A stretch of DNA of 64,000 nucleotides from Potamolinea sp. (GTDB taxonomy: Bacteria; Cyanobacteriota; Cyanobacteriia; Cyanobacteriales; Coleofasciculaceae): NCBI GenBank assembly GCA_042408245.1, contig JAYFMV010000019.1, positions 3,511-67,510 of the forward strand, read 5' to 3'. Shown in pieces: positions 60,433 through 64,000 of this stretch (its first letter is position 1; every line of letters begins with the position of its first letter). The position numbers were made by a program, and so were the translations under genes. The notes beneath the pieces were generated by a model, which saw only the letters and a program-made list of their open reading frames with translations, was not told the DNA's origin and did no database searches.

Positions 60433-62281
60433 GTACCGCATTACAGAGGAAACCGCTGTATATCAGTTTGCTCAATTAGATCAAGGTGAAACTCGTGTTT
60501 GTTGCGTTCTAGCTCCTCGACAAACCGGAAAGTCTAGCTTGATGGCAAGAACAGCCAAACGACTGGAAGACGATGGGTTGATCTGCATCCAAATTAACTT
60601 ACAAGAGTTAGGAAATGTGGAATCAGATAGGGCATTATGGCGTACACTGCTGCAGCTTATTTGCCAGCAAGTTGTTCTCCCAGAAGGAAACTTAGTTGAT
60701 AGATTGAATAGCGTTTGGAAACATACACTTGAGTTACAAGCATCGGTACAATTTAAGAATTTTTTAATTGAAGAAATTCTAACAAAGCTCAAAGGCAATA
60801 AATTAATTATTTTTTTAGACGAAATTCAAACATTAATCAACTGGAAACTTCAAAACACTTTTATTGGTTTAATTAGGGATCTGTCACAAAATCACAATCA
60901 AAAGTTACTTCGCCAGCTAAATTTTATTCTACTTGGAGTTGCTAAACCCTCAGACCTTTTGACAGACTCAGGGTTTGCTTTCAACTTGGGAGAGCAGATT
61001 GAACTTGGAAATTTAGAGCAAAAAGACTGTCAGCCACTTCAGCAAGGATTAGAAAAGGTAACCAATAGCCCAGAGACATTACTAAAATCAATCCTTAACT
61101 GGACAGGAGGTCAACCCTTCTTAACACAGATGGTTTGCCACCTGGTAGCTAGTTCTTCTAAAATTCTAGATAATTCTGATGTCGAGAGTTATGTTAAAAA
61201 AATAGTAACGAATCAGGTAATCAAAAATTGGAGGAAGCAGGATAAACAGTCGCATTTACAAGAAATTGAAAACTGGTTCATTAGGGGGGATTATAGTCAA
61301 AAAACAGACAAGTTGAAAGCACTGTCACTTTATAAAAAAATATTGAACAAAGTAACGGTGAAATTTCAAAATAGTATAGAGCAATGGAACTTAATAATCT
61401 CAGGAATAGTCGTAAAAGAACAGGGACGATTAAAAGTTACTAATCAGATTTACCATCAAGTTTTTAATAGGACTTGGCTTCAAGAAACAGAAGAGTGTTT
61501 ACAGGAGAATAAAACTTTAATGGCAGAGCAACTCGACTTAATCTACAACCGTGATGTATTTATGCTAATTGACCAAAGCGCCTCAATGCGCAAAAAAGAT
61601 GATGGTGTTGAAAAGAAACGTTGGCAGCTCCTAGAAGAGTTGGTAGCAGGTCATGTAGATAGTATTCTCGAAATAGATGGTGAAGAGTCAGACAAACAAG
61701 TATGTACTGAAATTTTTATTACTACTTTTAACGTTAATAAGTTTCGAGGTAGCTTGCGACGTGTTACAGATCAATCTCAGGTTAAAGATATTTTTTACGA
61801 AAACCGCCCTGATGGAAATACCTATGTTGTTCCTACTCTCCGTAAATGTCGGGAGCAGTGGTTGGCTGGACGCAATCAAGTTACGGTGACAGAGATCGAA
61901 GCGGGGAAGGCAAAAGGTGCTTTCTTTATTATCTACACCGACGGTCAGTTTGATGACCCTAAATCTTTTGAGGATTTCATCAAAGAAACTTGTCTAAAAA
62001 TTGATGATGAGCGCATTGTTAAAGTACTTATTATCGGTCTTGGCAAAGACATTAATGAAAAGGCTTTCGATGCTCTCAATAAAAACCTTCGTGGTAATAA
62101 AGACTTTAATGGAAAAAACTGTAGGCTCGTTATATCTGACCTAGCTGATAACTTGGATGATGGTATAATTCCGATGATGCAGCGTCTTTATGATTCAACA
62201 TATGAGGGAGATGAATGGAGTCCGATAAATTCGCCTAAACCAACATTTCCCCCTGCGCCAGAGTTTGATGTATTTACGTAA
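60431..62281 (+). CDS. AAA-like (AAA_35-type) P-loop domain fused to C-terminal vWA-like domain
   Basis: P-loop APRQTGKSSLM. C-terminal MIDAS-like LIDQSASMRK, then a vWA-like beta/alpha pattern. Confidence 0.65.
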   Translation: MYRITEETAVYQFAQLDQGETRVCCVLAPRQTGKSSLMARTAKRLEDDGLICIQINLQELGNVESDRALWRTLLQLICQQVVLPEGNLVDRLNSVWKHTLELQASVQFKNFLIEEILTKLKGNKLIIFLDEIQTLINWKLQNTFIGLIRDLSQNHNQKLLRQLNFILLGVAKPSDLLTDSGFAFNLGEQIELGNLEQKDCQPLQQGLEKVTNSPETLLKSILNWTGGQPFLTQMVCHLVASSSKILDNSDVESYVKKIVTNQVIKNWRKQDKQSHLQEIENWFIRGDYSQKTDKLKALSLYKKILNKVTVKFQNSIEQWNLIISGIVVKEQGRLKVTNQIYHQVFNRTWLQETEECLQENKTLMAEQLDLIYNRDVFMLIDQSASMRKKDDGVEKKRWQLLEELVAGHVDSILEIDGEESDKQVCTEIFITTFNVNKFRGSLRRVTDQSQVKDIFYENRPDGNTYVVPTLRKCREQWLAGRNQVTVTEIEAGKAKGAFFIIYTDGQFDDPKSFEDFIKETCLKIDDERIVKVLIIGLGKDINEKAFDALNKNLRGNKDFNGKNCRLVISDLADNLDDGIIPMMQRLYDSTYEGDEWSPINSPKPTFPPAPEFDVFT

Positions 62282-62300
62282 AATAAATGTCAGCGTATCA

Positions 62301-62332
62301 GATCCCCGACTTCTCCCAGAAGTCGGGGATCT
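62301..62332. terminator. bidirectional Rho-independent terminator hairpin
   Basis: atccccgacttctcccagaagtcggggat between convergent genes, with flanking A/T runs. Confidence 0.7.
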
Positions 62333-62397
62333 CCCCTTCACGAATCATTTCTAAAGAGATGGAGTTTCCCGCAACGGAAGGATTTTGATGATGAGGT

Positions 62398-64000
62398 TTA
62401 TTCTTCCCCTTCTTCTTGTTGCCGTAGCTTCTCCAACACACTACGATCTTCTAAGGTCGAAGTATCACCAGTGATTTCCTGTCCTGCTGCTAGTGAACGT
62501 AAAAGCCGTCTCATAATTTTCCCGGAACGAGTCTTGGGTAAAGCATCAGAAAAGCGAATTTCACCAGGACGAGCGATCGCCCCAATTTCCTTGATCATGT
62601 GATCCTGAAGTTGTTTTTTTAGTTGTTCACTGGGACGATAGCTACTCTCCAAAGTCACAAAAGCCACAATATCTTCACCTTTGAGAGCGTCTGGTTTCCC
62701 AACCACAGCCGCTTCTACTACAGCGGGGTGAGATACCAAAGCTGACTCAATTTCCATAGTTCCCAAGCGGTGTCCAGATACATTAATCACATCATCTACT
62801 CGACCCATCACCCAAAGGTAATCATCTTCATCCTTGTGGGCACCATCACCGGTGAAATAGAGATACCTGCCATCTTTGGGGGGGATATGCTCCCAATAAG
62901 TACTACGGAAGCGTTCAGTATCACCATAGACTGTTCGCATCATGCTGGGCCAGGGATGTTGCACTACTAGATAACCACCAGCATGACCCTTGACTGGCTC
63001 ACCTTTCTCATCTACAACATCAACTAGAATACCAGGGAAAGGTAAAGTGGCAGAACCTGGTTTTGTCGGTGTACAACCTGGCAAAGGAGTAATCATAATT
63101 CCGCCTGTTTCTGTTTGCCACCAAGTATCGACAATCGGACAGCGTTCTCCACCAATTACTGTATGATACCACATCCAAGCCTCTGGATTAATTGGTTCAC
63201 CAACAGTACCTAGTAATCTTAGCGAAGAGAGATTTCTTGCCTTGGGTAAGTGTTCTCCCATCTTCATGAAAGCCCGAATTGCTGTTGGAGCCGTGTAAAA
63301 GATATTGACGCCATGTTTCTGAATTACGTCCCACATACAGCCAGGATTAGAAGGACGAGGTGCGCCTTCATACATCATGGTTGTTGCCCCATTAGACAAG
63401 GGTCCATAGACAATGTAACTATGTCCTGTAATCCAGCCCACATCAGCAGTACACCAATATACATCTGTATCTTTGATGTCAAATATCCACTTAGTTGTGA
63501 TGTGAGTATAGAGGTTATAACCAGCGGTAGTGTGCACAACTCCTTTGGGTTTTCCAGTACTACCAGAAGTGTAGAGGATGAACAACATATCCTCGCTGTC
63601 CATTGGTTCGGCTGGACAGTCTAAGGAAACTCCCTGGCGTAAATCATCCCACCAATGATCCCGCCCTATTTTCATCTGTATTTTTTGTTTAGTGCGTTTC
63701 ACCACTAAAACATTTTGTACAGAGGGAACTTTATCGCTAGATAGGGCTTTATCAACTTGCTCTTTAAGAGGGACAATCGCATCTTTTCGGAACCCTCCAT
63801 CGGCGGTGATTACGAGTTTTGCTTGTCCATCAATCAGGCGATCGCGCAATGCTTCAGCACTGAAACCACCAAAAACCACTGTATGAGGTGCGCCAATTCT
63901 GGCACAAGCTAACATAGCGATCGCAGCTTCAGGAATCATGGGCATATATATACCCACTATGTCGCCCTTTTGCACCCCTAATTGTTTGAGAACATTCGCC
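62398..64000 (-). CDS. acs: acetyl-CoA synthetase (partial, N-terminus beyond window)
   Basis: [15 protein letters not shown]-binding motif, hinge WWQTETGG and a C-terminal Lys (SGKIMRR). The ORF runs to the window edge. Confidence 0.9.
   Translation of the reverse strand, partial: ANVLKQLGVQKGDIVGIYMPMIPEAAIAMLACARIGAPHTVVFGGFSAEALRDRLIDGQAKLVITADGGFRKDAIVPLKEQVDKALSSDKVPSVQNVLVVKRTKQKIQMKIGRDHWWDDLRQGVSLDCPAEPMDSEDMLFILYTSGSTGKPKGVVHTTAGYNLYTHITTKWIFDIKDTDVYWCTADVGWITGHSYIVYGPLSNGATTMMYEGAPRPSNPGCMWDVIQKHGVNIFYTAPTAIRAFMKMGEHLPKARNLSSLRLLGTVGEPINPEAWMWYHTVIGGERCPIVDTWWQTETGGIMITPLPGCTPTKPGSATLPFPGILVDVVDEKGEPVKGHAGGYLVVQHPWPSMMRTVYGDTERFRSTYWEHIPPKDGRYLYFTGDGAHKDEDDYLWVMGRVDDVINVSGHRLGTMEIESALVSHPAVVEAAVVGKPDALKGEDIVAFVTLESSYRPSEQLKKQLQDHMIKEIGAIARPGEIRFSDALPKTRSGKIMRRLLRSLAAGQEITGDTSTLEDRSVLEKLRQQEEGEE

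Overview
This 64 kb window is cyanobacterial chromosome, most likely from a filamentous, Nostocales-like strain. The supporting signs are frequent GCGATCGC (HIP1) octamers, many heptamer tandem-repeat arrays, a kaiABC clock locus, chlI, ycf-type genes, and roughly 43-45% GC. Housekeeping genes occupy 1-25 kb and 38-64 kb. They include serS, rseP, nth, rpsN, aat, rpmF, glycerate kinase, two GT39 glycosyltransferases, an lptF/G-family permease, kaiA-kaiB-kaiC, chlI, rsmB, PP2C, an ABC1 kinase and a partial acs. A co-directional, all-minus-strand accessory block lies between about 25.9 and 36.3 kb and reads as follows. First is an NB-ARC/TPR NLR-like gene whose N-terminal module is cut off by an in-frame TGA. 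Next is a full-length 889-aa homolog of the eukaryotic major vault protein. It is followed by three tandem ~163-bp structured repeats. A translationally coupled P-loop ATPase and TPR protein come next. Then come a standalone WHH/HNH-type nuclease coupled to a 98-aa candidate immunity gene, a DUF433 gene, and a DUF5615 remnant abutting kaiC. I consider this block the best candidate for an undescribed system. Downstream are GIY-YIG, DUF4160/DUF2442 and DUF429 genes and a chorismate-derived small-molecule cluster. That cluster has a fused PabA-PabB with a PIKGT motif, an AroQ mutase broken by two compensating frameshifts, a SAM methyltransferase and a PhyH-type dioxygenase. Also present are a decaying IS200/IS605-family tnpB with hairpin ends and a related solo hairpin element, a pair of AAA-like (AAA_35) genes with LuxR-HTH and vWA domains, several dispersed hairpin-repeat families (one inserted in-frame into a coding sequence), and a 1.3 kb non-coding stretch. 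All calls come from reading the translations and DNA. No database searches were run.
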